In this document: piece after piece, positions 10,750-19,733 of the stretch
Numbering within the stretch: position 1 is the stretch's first letter
Layout of the letters: each line of letters starts with the position of its first letter
NCBI GenBank assembly: GCA_965247095.1
Contig: OZ251997.1
Span: forward strand, 1,088,001-1,152,000
Direction of reading: 5' to 3'
DNA: 64,000 nt
Source: Candidatus Multivorans sp.
GTDB lineage: Bacteria > Acidobacteriota > Thermoanaerobaculia > Multivoradales > Multivoraceae
Program-made: the position numbers and the translations under genes
The notes under the pieces: generated by a model
The model's input: only the letters and a program-made list of their open reading frames with translations
What the model was told of the DNA's origin: nothing
The model's database searches: none

Positions 10750-11613
10750 TTACTGTTCGGCGCCCAGGTTGTCGAGTTGCTGGAGCGCCAGGATCGCCTC
10801 GTCGGTGCCGGGATAGCTGCCTCGAACCCGAAGGAACATCTCGATTGCGCGTTCGCGGTCGCCCAGCTCGGTCAGAGCGACCCCGATCTTGAGCATGGAA
10901 CTCGCGACCTTGTCGCTTTCCGGGTACAGCTCTCGGACCAGGCTGAGCTCTTCGATCGCTGCCCGGTATCGCCCTTGGCCCAGATGGGACTCGCCGAGCC
11001 AGTACTGGGCGCTGCCCGCATCGACGCCGTCCGGGAACGTGTCGAGGTAATCGCGAAAGCCGGTGATTGCCCGCTCATACCTGCCCTCGGAGTAGTCCCG
11101 GTACGCGGCGTCGTAGAGGCTCTTCGGATCGACCGTCTCAGCCGCGGGCGTCGGCCGGTTGGTTTCCCGCAACTGATCGAGAGCCGCAAGGTACGCCTCC
11201 TGGCGTTCGAGTCGGACCTGGATCAGGGCAACATCCGTACTCGTCTCCTCGAGGCGTTCCTTCGAAGCGTTGAGGATCTGGCGCTGCTCCTGGATCAGGT
11301 TTCGCAGCGCTTCGAGATCAGAGATGATCTGCCGCAGATCCTCCTTGAGATCCGCGTTCGCGGTCACATCGCTGTCGACCTGACGCTCGAGCGCTTGAAC
11401 GACCGTGGCCAGATCCTGGCGCGTCGGTGTCTGCGATCGGAGCTCGTCCAGCCGCCGTTCAACAGCGGCGAGACCGGTCTCCAGGTCGGTCAACTGCGTG
11501 GACGAGGAGGCACAGGCCACCGCCAGCAGCGCCAGAACCGAACCGGCGAGCACCAGCAAAACGCCCGTTTGACCGGTCCGGTTGGCGGGCGTTCGAGCTT
11601 CTGACCGCCACAT
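10750..11613 (-). CDS. cpoB: Tol-Pal protein CpoB/YbgF (coiled coil plus TPR)
   Basis: Lipoprotein signal, coiled coil, LYDAAY...AQYWLGE...SMLKIG; downstream of pal. Confidence 0.88.
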   Translation of the reverse strand: MWRSEARTPANRTGQTGVLLVLAGSVLALLAVACASSSTQLTDLETGLAAVERRLDELRSQTPTRQDLATVVQALERQVDSDVTANADLKEDLRQIISDLEALRNLIQEQRQILNASKERLEETSTDVALIQVRLERQEAYLAALDQLRETNRPTPAAETVDPKSLYDAAYRDYSEGRYERAITGFRDYLDTFPDGVDAGSAQYWLGESHLGQGRYRAAIEELSLVRELYPESDKVASSMLKIGVALTELGDRERAIEMFLRVRGSYPGTDEAILALQQLDNLGAEQ

Positions 11614-11693
11614 GCTCAGAACCGCGGCTATCGACTAGGGCGTCTTGCGGCGAAGGTGCAGCGACCGGCCGGCGCCTGAGGCGCCTCCCTGAC

Positions 11694-12272
11694 TCAACTG
11701 AAGTCGGTGACCCGGAAGTAGGCGCGACGGTTCAATTGCCAGCAGTCCTCGTTCGAGCCCTCGCACTGCGGACGCTCCTCGCCGTAGCTGATCGTCTTGA
11801 AACGATCGCCCGAAACGCCCAACGACAAGAGGTAGTCCTGCGCGGCGTTGGACCTGCGGTCGCCAAGGGCGAGGTTGTAGTCGTTCGTGCCCCGCTCGTC
11901 GCAGTGGCCCTCAATCGTGATCATGAGGTTCTCACCGTCCCGGGTCTTGAGGAAGTCGGCGTTCTTGCTGAGCTGAGAACGCGTCATGTCGGTCAGTGTG
12001 GCCTTGTCGAACTCGAAGTAGACATCGCCCAGGAAACCCTTCTCGTGGACCTCCCGGTTCGCCTCTACGATGTCCTCGGACCAGGGCGACACGTACTCGG
12101 GTACAACCGGCGGCGCCGGCGGCGGCGGCACCGGCGCCGGCGGCGGAGGCTCCTCAACCGGCGGCGGCGGAGGCGGTGGCGTTGGGGGCTTGGGCTCCAC
12201 CTTCTTGCAGGCGCCAACGGCCAGCAGCACAAGAGCCGGGAGGATGAATGCGGGGAACCTTCTGGCCAACAT
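11694..12272 (-). CDS. pal: Peptidoglycan-associated lipoprotein Pal
   Basis: Lipobox VGAC, Pro-rich linker, VYFEFDK, IEGHCDERGTNDYNLALGDRR, ISYGEERP, NRRA. Confidence 0.95.
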   Translation of the reverse strand: MLARRFPAFILPALVLLAVGACKKVEPKPPTPPPPPPPVEEPPPPAPVPPPPAPPVVPEYVSPWSEDIVEANREVHEKGFLGDVYFEFDKATLTDMTRSQLSKNADFLKTRDGENLMITIEGHCDERGTNDYNLALGDRRSNAAQDYLLSLGVSGDRFKTISYGEERPQCEGSNEDCWQLNRRAYFRVTDFS

Positions 12273-12379
12273 ACCGGGACTTCTCCTCAAACCTGAAAGC
12301 TGGATTTTGTGAATGCGGGGAAACAGTACCAAAGCGAGGCGGGCACGGCAACCGCTTTCTGCGGTGGGGCCCCTTCGAA

Positions 12380-13765
12380 TCAGTCGAAGTAGTCCGACCA
12401 GGAAGGATGGGAGTTGTTGCCGCGGGTGGTCACCTGGCGGGTGTACCTGCCGTCCTGGCTCATGATGTAGATGTGCCGGCGACCTCCACGGCGGCGGGAA
12501 TCGAAGATGATCCACTCGCCGTTCGGCGAGAAGGACGGATTCTCGTGACTTCCGGGACCGGTCGTCAGGAGTTGATCCTGGCCGGTGACCAGGTCGACGA
12601 CCGCGATGTTGTGGCGGTCGCCCCGGTCGGCGCGGCGGGAGTAGACGACCCGGCTGCCGTCCGGGTGCCAGGATGCGCCCTCGTTGTACCGGCCCTCGAA
12701 CGTCACCCGTTGCAGGTCGGCGCCGTCGATGCCCATGAGGTAGATCTGCGGGGTGCCGGAGCGGCTCGAGGTGAAGGCGATTCGCTTGCCGTCGGGCGAG
12801 CACTCCGGGTTCGTGTCGATACGGCTCGACCGGGTGAGCTGCCGGGGAGTTCCGCCGCTGCGTGACACCGCGAAGATCTCCATGTTGCTGGTTCGGCGCG
12901 CAAAGAGGACCGTGTCGCCGTCCGGGCAGAGGCTGGGGGAGTAGGCGGGCTGTTCCCCAGCGATCACCGGCGTCTTCCTGCCGGTTACGAGATCGGCCCA
13001 GTAGACGCCCGGACTGCCCTCGAAGAAAGAAAGGTACAGGAGCCCGCTACCGTCCCGCGCCCAGACGGGCGAGAGGCTGGTCGAGATATGCCCGGTGATC
13101 CGCCGCTGGGCGTGACCGTCGTAGTCCATCAGGAAGATCTCCTTGCTGGACTGGCCTTCCCGGTCCGAGACGAACGCGATCGCGGTCATTGCGATGCCCC
13201 GGCGGCCAGTGAAGTAGAGGACGATCTCGTCGGACATCGCATGGGCGAAGCGGCGCGCGAGGTCGATTCCCCCGTTGAAACGCTTCCCCAGAATGAACTG
13301 CCCGCTCGCCAGGTCGTAGACCCGTCCCTCGAGGATCAGCTCCTCGCCGTCGAGCTTGAACTCGGTGAGCAACGCGACTTCGTTGCCGTAGGCGCGGTAC
13401 TGCTCGAGATCCTTGGCTCGGTCGCCGGTGAGAAGAACCGCCGAAAGGACCTCCGGGCCCTGGACGTCGAAGAGTTGAGAAAAGGCCAGATCCTCCCGGA
13501 GGGTCTGTTCCACTTCGCTCATCGCGTCGAGAAACTCCGGCCTGGCGCCCGGCGGGCGCCAGGATCGAGGTACGGCGAGATTCAGGCGCACGGCCGCGTC
13601 GCGGTCGAGGACCACTTCGACATCGGAAGGCAGTTGCCCGGCGGGAAGCGGCGTTTCCGGTCCTTGCTGCGCGCCCAGGGACAGTGCCCCGCAGACGAGG
13701 GCCGCGACCACGGCCCTGGCGATTTGAACCGGCGGAATCGTTGGATGGAGGCGCTGCATGGTCAC
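12380..13765 (-). CDS. tolB: Tol-Pal beta-propeller protein TolB
   Basis: AHAMSDEI, IAFVSDR, PD40 repeats (SPDGKRIAFTSSRSG), position in operon. Confidence 0.92.
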   Translation of the reverse strand: MTMQRLHPTIPPVQIARAVVAALVCGALSLGAQQGPETPLPAGQLPSDVEVVLDRDAAVRLNLAVPRSWRPPGARPEFLDAMSEVEQTLREDLAFSQLFDVQGPEVLSAVLLTGDRAKDLEQYRAYGNEVALLTEFKLDGEELILEGRVYDLASGQFILGKRFNGGIDLARRFAHAMSDEIVLYFTGRRGIAMTAIAFVSDREGQSSKEIFLMDYDGHAQRRITGHISTSLSPVWARDGSGLLYLSFFEGSPGVYWADLVTGRKTPVIAGEQPAYSPSLCPDGDTVLFARRTSNMEIFAVSRSGGTPRQLTRSSRIDTNPECSPDGKRIAFTSSRSGTPQIYLMGIDGADLQRVTFEGRYNEGASWHPDGSRVVYSRRADRGDRHNIAVVDLVTGQDQLLTTGPGSHENPSFSPNGEWIIFDSRRRGGRRHIYIMSQDGRYTRQVTTRGNNSHPSWSDYFD

Positions 13766-14553
13766 CGTATCCTCATCGTCACGCCGAGACTCGGTTTGCG
13801 GAAGCTGCGCGGCAGCGGCGGCACCGGCGACGCCAGTTCGATGGCCCGCAGGCCGGCGTTGTCGAAACGGGTGACGCCCGAGGACTCGATCAGTTGGAGT
13901 TCGCTCACGGTGCCGTCACTCGCGATCCGGAAACGGACGAGGGCTTCGACGCCGTCGATCGGCGGCCTCGTCCAGCGCGCCCTGATCGCGGCGACCAGGC
14001 GTGTCGTGTAGTAGGCGTAGGTGAAGTCCTCGGCGTCGTAGCCGACCACCGGCGCTGCCGCGTCGTCGCTCCCGGCCAGCGAGTCGTCGACGGTCCGGGT
14101 GCGTTGGAAGGGACGTTCCAGCCTGGGCCGCGGTTCGGGCGCCGGCTCGGGCGGAGGAGGCGGCGGCGCCGGCTCGGACGCCGGCTCTTCGGGCTTTTCC
14201 TCGGCGAGCACCGGCACATCCGGCGGCGGCGCCTCCGGCGGCGGTTCGGGCTCGGGTTCCGGCGCCGGTGCGGGCGGCGGCTCTTCCTCCGGGGGCGGAG
14301 TCACTGGGATCGGCTTCGGCCGGATCGTCGGCATGCGGACCAACTCGACCGTCTGGCGCTCCAGGTAGGTCGGTTCGGCGAACAGACTGGGCCCGAAGAG
14401 AATCCCTCCAAGAACAGCGAGATGGAGGGTCACGGACAGGGCAAAGCACAGCCGGTTCAGGCCGGCGCCTCGGCGCTCCCGGCGCGTGAGAGCCCACTCG
14501 ACTGGAGGCGTGGGGGCGTCCTGACTCGGCACCTGGCTGGGTCTCCGTGACAA
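13762..14553 (-). CDS. TolA/TonB-family protein
   Basis: TM helix SVTLHLA, Pro/Glu-rich linker, TonB-C domain (SSG..FDNAGLRAI..ASPVPPLP). Confidence 0.85.
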   Translation of the reverse strand: MSRRPSQVPSQDAPTPPVEWALTRRERRGAGLNRLCFALSVTLHLAVLGGILFGPSLFAEPTYLERQTVELVRMPTIRPKPIPVTPPPEEEPPPAPAPEPEPEPPPEAPPPDVPVLAEEKPEEPASEPAPPPPPPEPAPEPRPRLERPFQRTRTVDDSLAGSDDAAAPVVGYDAEDFTYAYYTTRLVAAIRARWTRPPIDGVEALVRFRIASDGTVSELQLIESSGVTRFDNAGLRAIELASPVPPLPRSFRKPSLGVTMRIR

Positions 14554-14559
14554 CGACCA

Positions 14560-14988
<429 letters not shown>

Positions 14989-15009
14989 TTCCGACTCCTG
15001 GATCGCTGG

Positions 15010-15732
15010 TCAGCCGAAGTTGCGCTCGGCCAGATTCAAGAACTCGAGTGTGAAGTCGTCCATTTCCGCGCGGAGTTGCCGCAGCCTGGTGGCGAGATAG
15101 TTGTACCCGACGAGCGCGGGGATGGCCGCGACCAGACCGGCGGCTGTATTGACCAGCGCCTCGGCGATGCCCGGGGCGACCGCCGTGATGCTCGCCGTAC
15201 CCGAGGTTCCAATGTCGTTGAAGGCGATCATGATTCCCCAGACCGTCCCGAACAGGCCGATGAAGGGCGCCGCCGCGGCGGTGGTCGCCAACCAGGACGT
15301 GTTCCGGGCGAGAACGCGAAGTTCGACGTTCGCGGCCCGGTGAAGGGTCCGCTCGAGGCCCATCAACGACTGGAGGCGGAAGTTGTCCTCGTCTCCCCGA
15401 GGCTCCTTGAGGGCCTTGATCTGGGTGTCGATCTCGAGGTACCCGGCCTGGAACAGGCCGACCAGCGACGACGCGCGATGGTCGGAAGCGGCCTTGCCGA
15501 TGTCACTGAAGCGGGCGGCCTTGCGGAACACATCGAGAAAGCCCTGGTTCTGCCTCGCGGTGCGCCGGAAGAGCACCAAGCGCTGCAGCAGCACATACCA
15601 GGAAGACAACGACATCAGGACCAGGATCCCGAGCACGATCTTCGCCACCGGGCCCGAACGGAGAAAAAAGTGCACCACCGCCGTGTCGCCGGTGGCCATG
15701 AGCGTGGCGATCGGGATGGCGAACGAAGGCAC
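15010..15732 (-). CDS. tolQ: TolQ/ExbB proton channel
   Basis: APFIGLFGTVWGIM, VAPGIAEALVNTAAGL..AIPA. Confidence 0.92.
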   Translation of the reverse strand: MPSFAIPIATLMATGDTAVVHFFLRSGPVAKIVLGILVLMSLSSWYVLLQRLVLFRRTARQNQGFLDVFRKAARFSDIGKAASDHRASSLVGLFQAGYLEIDTQIKALKEPRGDEDNFRLQSLMGLERTLHRAANVELRVLARNTSWLATTAAAAPFIGLFGTVWGIMIAFNDIGTSGTASITAVAPGIAEALVNTAAGLVAAIPALVGYNYLATRLRQLRAEMDDFTLEFLNLAERNFG

Positions 15733-15861
15733 CGCCGCGAGAAAGTATCAGACAGATAGCCAAAGGTCTATTCCTCTAGATTCGCGGGCAGGCCGAGGCG
15801 CAAACGACACGCGGGGAGGGGCGGTATGCTGCCGCGCCTGCAACTGAGGGGAACTAAGGGG

Positions 15862-16674
15862 TTGAGGATCGGCGTCTGCATCAAACAGGTCCCGGATACC
15901 GATGCACACCTGCGGATCGCGGACTCGGGCCGCCACATCGACGACGGCGATGTGAACTGGGTCATCTCGAGCTGCGATCTCTGCGCGCTCGAAGAGGCCC
16001 TGCTGCTCGTCGAAGCGGCCGAGGAGGCCGGGGCGAGCCGGCCCGATCTCGTCGCCTTCAGCCTTGGCCCCGCACGGGTCGAGGAGGCGCTGCGAAAGGC
16101 GCTGGCGCTGGGGGCCGACCGCGCTGTGCACCTCGCGGATGAGGGCTTCCAGGGCGGCGACGCACTGGCTGACGGTCGTGCTCTGGCCGCGGCCGTCGGC
16201 CGGGAGGAATGCGATCTCGTCCTTGCGGGCGCCCAGTCCGACGATCTTGGACAGGCCGCGACCCCGGCGGTCGTCGCGGAGATGCTTGGCCGGCCCTACG
16301 CCTGGCTGGTGATGGCGGTCGAGCTGGAGGCGGACAACCGCTCGGTACGCGTCGTGCGTGAACTCGAGGGTGGGATGAACGAAGTCCTCCGGTTGCACCT
16401 GCCGGCCGTGCTCGCGGTGCAGGCCGGAATCAACAAGCCCCGGTTCGCCTCGCTGCGCGGTACGCTGCAGGCCCGCAGGAAGCCGCTGGAGCACCTCGAT
16501 TGCGCGAGCCTCGGCGTCGATCCGCGGCTGGTGGGGGAGGCCGGCGCCCGGATCGAGACGATGGCGATCCGTCTTCCTCCGACCGGTGTCGGCGGAGTGT
16601 TGATCGAGAATGCCGCCCCGGAGGCGGCAGCGGCGGAACTCATCGCGCACCTGGAGCGGGAGGCTCTGTTGTGA
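15862..16674 (+). CDS. etfB: Electron transfer flavoprotein beta subunit
   Basis: VCIKQVPD, ALALGADRA, GAQSDD, INKPRFAS; start taken as TTG 15862. Confidence 0.9.
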   Translation: MRIGVCIKQVPDTDAHLRIADSGRHIDDGDVNWVISSCDLCALEEALLLVEAAEEAGASRPDLVAFSLGPARVEEALRKALALGADRAVHLADEGFQGGDALADGRALAAAVGREECDLVLAGAQSDDLGQAATPAVVAEMLGRPYAWLVMAVELEADNRSVRVVRELEGGMNEVLRLHLPAVLAVQAGINKPRFASLRGTLQARRKPLEHLDCASLGVDPRLVGEAGARIETMAIRLPPTGVGGVLIENAAPEAAAAELIAHLEREALL

Positions 16675-17630
16675 GCGGCCCGGCTGTGCCCCCCACCGAA
16701 ACGGTGGTCTGGATCGTGGAGAACGCCGGCTCGGGCCCCGGATCCCGGGAGGCCCGTGTCTGCGGGCAGGCGCTCGGGTCCGACGTGCGGCTCGCCCTGC
16801 TCGACGAGGAACGGCTCGGGCCCTATTCGCCGGAGCTCTACGCCGAGGCCCTCAGCACTCTGATCGCGCGGGAGGGCGGCGACGGAGCGGCGCCGATGAC
16901 GGTGATTCTCCTGCCGCACACGTACCAGGTGGCGGAGTTCGCTCCGCGCCTTGCCTTGCGGCTCGGCGCCGCCTATGTCCCGTCGATCAGCGGGGCGGAC
17001 AAAGTCGACGAAGGCGGCCTGCACTTCCGGCGATCGATCATGCAGGCCAAGTTCCAGGCCGAGGTCCGCCCGAAGGCGCGTACTGTCGTCGCCACCGTGC
17101 AGAGCGGGGCCTTCAGCACCGACGAGCCGCCGGCGCCGCCGCGACAGGTCCTCGAAGTCTGTCTGCCGGCCGACATCGAACGGCAACACGAACGGGAGAT
17201 TCTGGGGCGCGAGGCGGCAAGTGCCGGCGGCGTCGACCTGGCGGGCGCCGAACGGATCGTGACCGCAGGGAGGGGCGTGGGCGGAGCGGACCAGGTGTCG
17301 GTAGCGGCCGACCTGGCCGCGGCGCTCGGCGCCGAACTCGGCGCGAGCAGGCCGGTGGTGGACAACGGCTGGCTGCCGCGCGAGCACCAGGTCGGATCGA
17401 GCGGGCACACGGTGGCCCCGAACCTCTACGTGGCGCTCGGGGTATCCGGCTCGATCCAGCACCTGATGGGCATGAGCGGATCACGAGTCATCGTGGCGGT
17501 GAACAAGGATCCGGAAGCGCCGATCTTCAGCGTCGCGCACTACGGCATCGTCGGCGACCTGCACGAAGTGGCGCCGGCGCTGACCCGCTTGCTGAACGAG
17601 CGGTCAGGGACTCATCCCACGCAGCCGTAG
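16671..17630 (+). CDS. etfA: Electron transfer flavoprotein alpha subunit
   Basis: GRGVG, GASRPVVD, QVGSSG, GVSGSIQHLMGM, NKDPEAPIF. Confidence 0.92.
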   Translation: MSGPAVPPTETVVWIVENAGSGPGSREARVCGQALGSDVRLALLDEERLGPYSPELYAEALSTLIAREGGDGAAPMTVILLPHTYQVAEFAPRLALRLGAAYVPSISGADKVDEGGLHFRRSIMQAKFQAEVRPKARTVVATVQSGAFSTDEPPAPPRQVLEVCLPADIERQHEREILGREAASAGGVDLAGAERIVTAGRGVGGADQVSVAADLAAALGAELGASRPVVDNGWLPREHQVGSSGHTVAPNLYVALGVSGSIQHLMGMSGSRVIVAVNKDPEAPIFSVAHYGIVGDLHEVAPALTRLLNERSGTHPTQP

Positions 17631-18455
17631 CAGCTCGAACAGGGCCAGGGAGGCGGCGACCGCAGCGTTCAGGGACTCGACGGCGCCGGCGGTGGGAACC
17701 GTCAAGAGCATGTTCGCCCGATCGAGAACCGGGCTTGAGACTCCCTGGCTCTCGTTGCCCACGGCGAGGACGATCTGATCGGCACAAAGCAGGTGGGTAA
17801 GCCTCTGATCGGGAGCGTTGGCCGAGAAGATCGGAGCGATGGGCCGTTCTTCGTTCTCCTCATGATGGGACGTCAGTGCAAGCCAGCGTGCGTTCGCGGG
17901 GATCTGGTCCGCTCGAACCCCGGTCCAGACGGGGATGCGGAGCAGACTGCCTGCTGAGGCGCGGAGGGCTCGGGGCTGGCTGGGGCGGGCCGTGCCGTCG
18001 GCGAGGAGGAGGGAGGCAGCGCCTGCGGCTTCGGCCGATCGGGCCATGGCGCCCAGGTTGCCCGGGTCCTGAATGCCGTCGACGTAGAGGTGGAGCCCGG
18101 AGGACAGGGTGAGGGGCCGGCTCTCTGCTGCGCGCGCGGAGATCCAGCCGGGAGGCGGATCGACCAAGGCGGCGATGCCCTGGGGAGCGTCGGCGTCGGC
18201 TTGCTCCCGCAGTCGATCGGGGTGGATGAGGTCGGCCGTGGTCCGTGAACGATCTTCCAACTGCTGGATGAACTCGGCATGAGTCGCCTCGAACTCCGGC
18301 GTCACCAGGAGGTGGTGGAACTCGAGCCCGGCCCCGGCCGCAGCGTCCACCAGGTGCCGGCCCTCAAGCAAGAGCATGTCGGTGTGGCGACGTGCGTGAG
18401 CGTTACGGAGCCGGCGAATCGTTCGCACCTGGGGGTTGTTCCGGCTGCGGATCAT
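17604..18455 (-). CDS. TrmH/SpoU-family RNA methyltransferase
   Basis: QDPGNLGAMARSA, GNESQGVS, ESLNAAVA. Confidence 0.92.
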   Translation of the reverse strand: MIRSRNNPQVRTIRRLRNAHARRHTDMLLLEGRHLVDAAAGAGLEFHHLLVTPEFEATHAEFIQQLEDRSRTTADLIHPDRLREQADADAPQGIAALVDPPPGWISARAAESRPLTLSSGLHLYVDGIQDPGNLGAMARSAEAAGAASLLLADGTARPSQPRALRASAGSLLRIPVWTGVRADQIPANARWLALTSHHEENEERPIAPIFSANAPDQRLTHLLCADQIVLAVGNESQGVSSPVLDRANMLLTVPTAGAVESLNAAVAASLALFELLRLRGMSP

Positions 18456-18535
18456 CGCTGCGTGATGTTACGCACTGGCCGAAGCAAGCGGTGGGACCTT
18501 ACGGGATGCCGATGAATTGGTAAGGTTCGCTGCCG

Positions 18536-19702
18536 ATGAGCACCAGTGGGAGTGGAATGCGCCGTCTGTTCACGTCCGAGTCGGTGACCGAGGGTCATCC
18601 CGACAAGGTCGCCGATCAGATCTCGGATGCCGTTCTCGATGCCGCGCTGCGCCACGATCCGCAAGCGCGGGTGGCATGCGAGACACTGGTCAACACCGGC
18701 CTGGTCCTCATCGCCGGCGAGATCAAGCTGAAGCCCGGCGCGGGAATCGACTACGCGACTTTGGCGCGGCAAACGATCCGTGACATCGGCTACACCGATG
18801 CGAAATCCGGCTTCGCCGCCGACGACTGCGCCGTGCTCTGTGCTCTCGACCCACAGTCCGAAGACATCGCTCTCGGCGTCAACACCGGCGGCGCAGGGGA
18901 TCAAGGTCTGATGTTCGGCTATGCGTGCCGGGAGACCGAAGAACTCATGCCGCTGCCGATCGAACTCGCGCATCGCCTGACCCGGCGCCTCGCTGAACTG
19001 CGGCGCTCGGGAACATGCGACTGGCTGAGACCGGACGGCAAGTCGCAGGTCACCGTGCAGTACGACCAGCACGAACAGGCCGTGCGGGCGCATACGATCG
19101 TCGTGTCGACACAGCATGCCCGGGAGGTGGGGCAGGACGAGATCAGGCGGGTCGTGCTGGAGCAAGTCGTCAGACCGTCGGTTCCGGGCCACCTCCTCGA
19201 CGACGACACGATCTTCCATGTGAATCCGACAGGTCAGTTCGTGGTCGGCGGTCCACAGGGAGATTGCGGACTCACCGGCCGCAAGATCATCGTCGACACC
19301 TACGGTGGCGTCGGCCACCATGGCGGCGGCGCCTTTTCGGGCAAGGACCCGACAAAGGTGGACCGTTCCGCCAGCTACATGGCGCGTTACGTGGCGAAGA
19401 ACCTCGTCGCGGCCGGCATGGCGGATCGCCTCGAGGTCCAGTTGGCCTACGCCATCGGTGTAGCGGAGCCCGTGTCGGTGCACGTCGATTCGTTCGGTAC
19501 CGCGCGGGACGGAGTATCCGATCGCTTTCTCGAGGAACTCGTACGGAGTGAGTTCCCGCTGCAGCCCCAGGCGATCATCGAGGAGCTCGATCTGCGTCAG
19601 CCACGCTACCTGCAGACGGCGGCCTACGGCCACTTCGGCCGATCGGAGTTCCCCTGGGAACGGACCGATCGCGCGGCCACTCTCCGCCTGGCCGTCGCGT
19701 AG
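18536..19702 (+). CDS. metK: S-adenosylmethionine synthetase
   Basis: [44 protein letters not shown]. Confidence 0.97.
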   Translation: MSTSGSGMRRLFTSESVTEGHPDKVADQISDAVLDAALRHDPQARVACETLVNTGLVLIAGEIKLKPGAGIDYATLARQTIRDIGYTDAKSGFAADDCAVLCALDPQSEDIALGVNTGGAGDQGLMFGYACRETEELMPLPIELAHRLTRRLAELRRSGTCDWLRPDGKSQVTVQYDQHEQAVRAHTIVVSTQHAREVGQDEIRRVVLEQVVRPSVPGHLLDDDTIFHVNPTGQFVVGGPQGDCGLTGRKIIVDTYGGVGHHGGGAFSGKDPTKVDRSASYMARYVAKNLVAAGMADRLEVQLAYAIGVAEPVSVHVDSFGTARDGVSDRFLEELVRSEFPLQPQAIIEELDLRQPRYLQTAAYGHFGRSEFPWERTDRAATLRLAVA

Positions 19703-19733
19703 CAGAGCAGCCCGGCGTTCCGGCCACAGCCCG

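Noticed and set aside
12100-14300. Pro-rich GGC/CCG low-complexity tracts in pal and tolA
   Set aside because: Ordinary periplasm-spanning linkers for these families
18456-18535. SAM riboswitch upstream of metK
   Set aside because: The intergenic region is only ~80 bp and the -10 sits 9 nt before the ATG, leaving no leader
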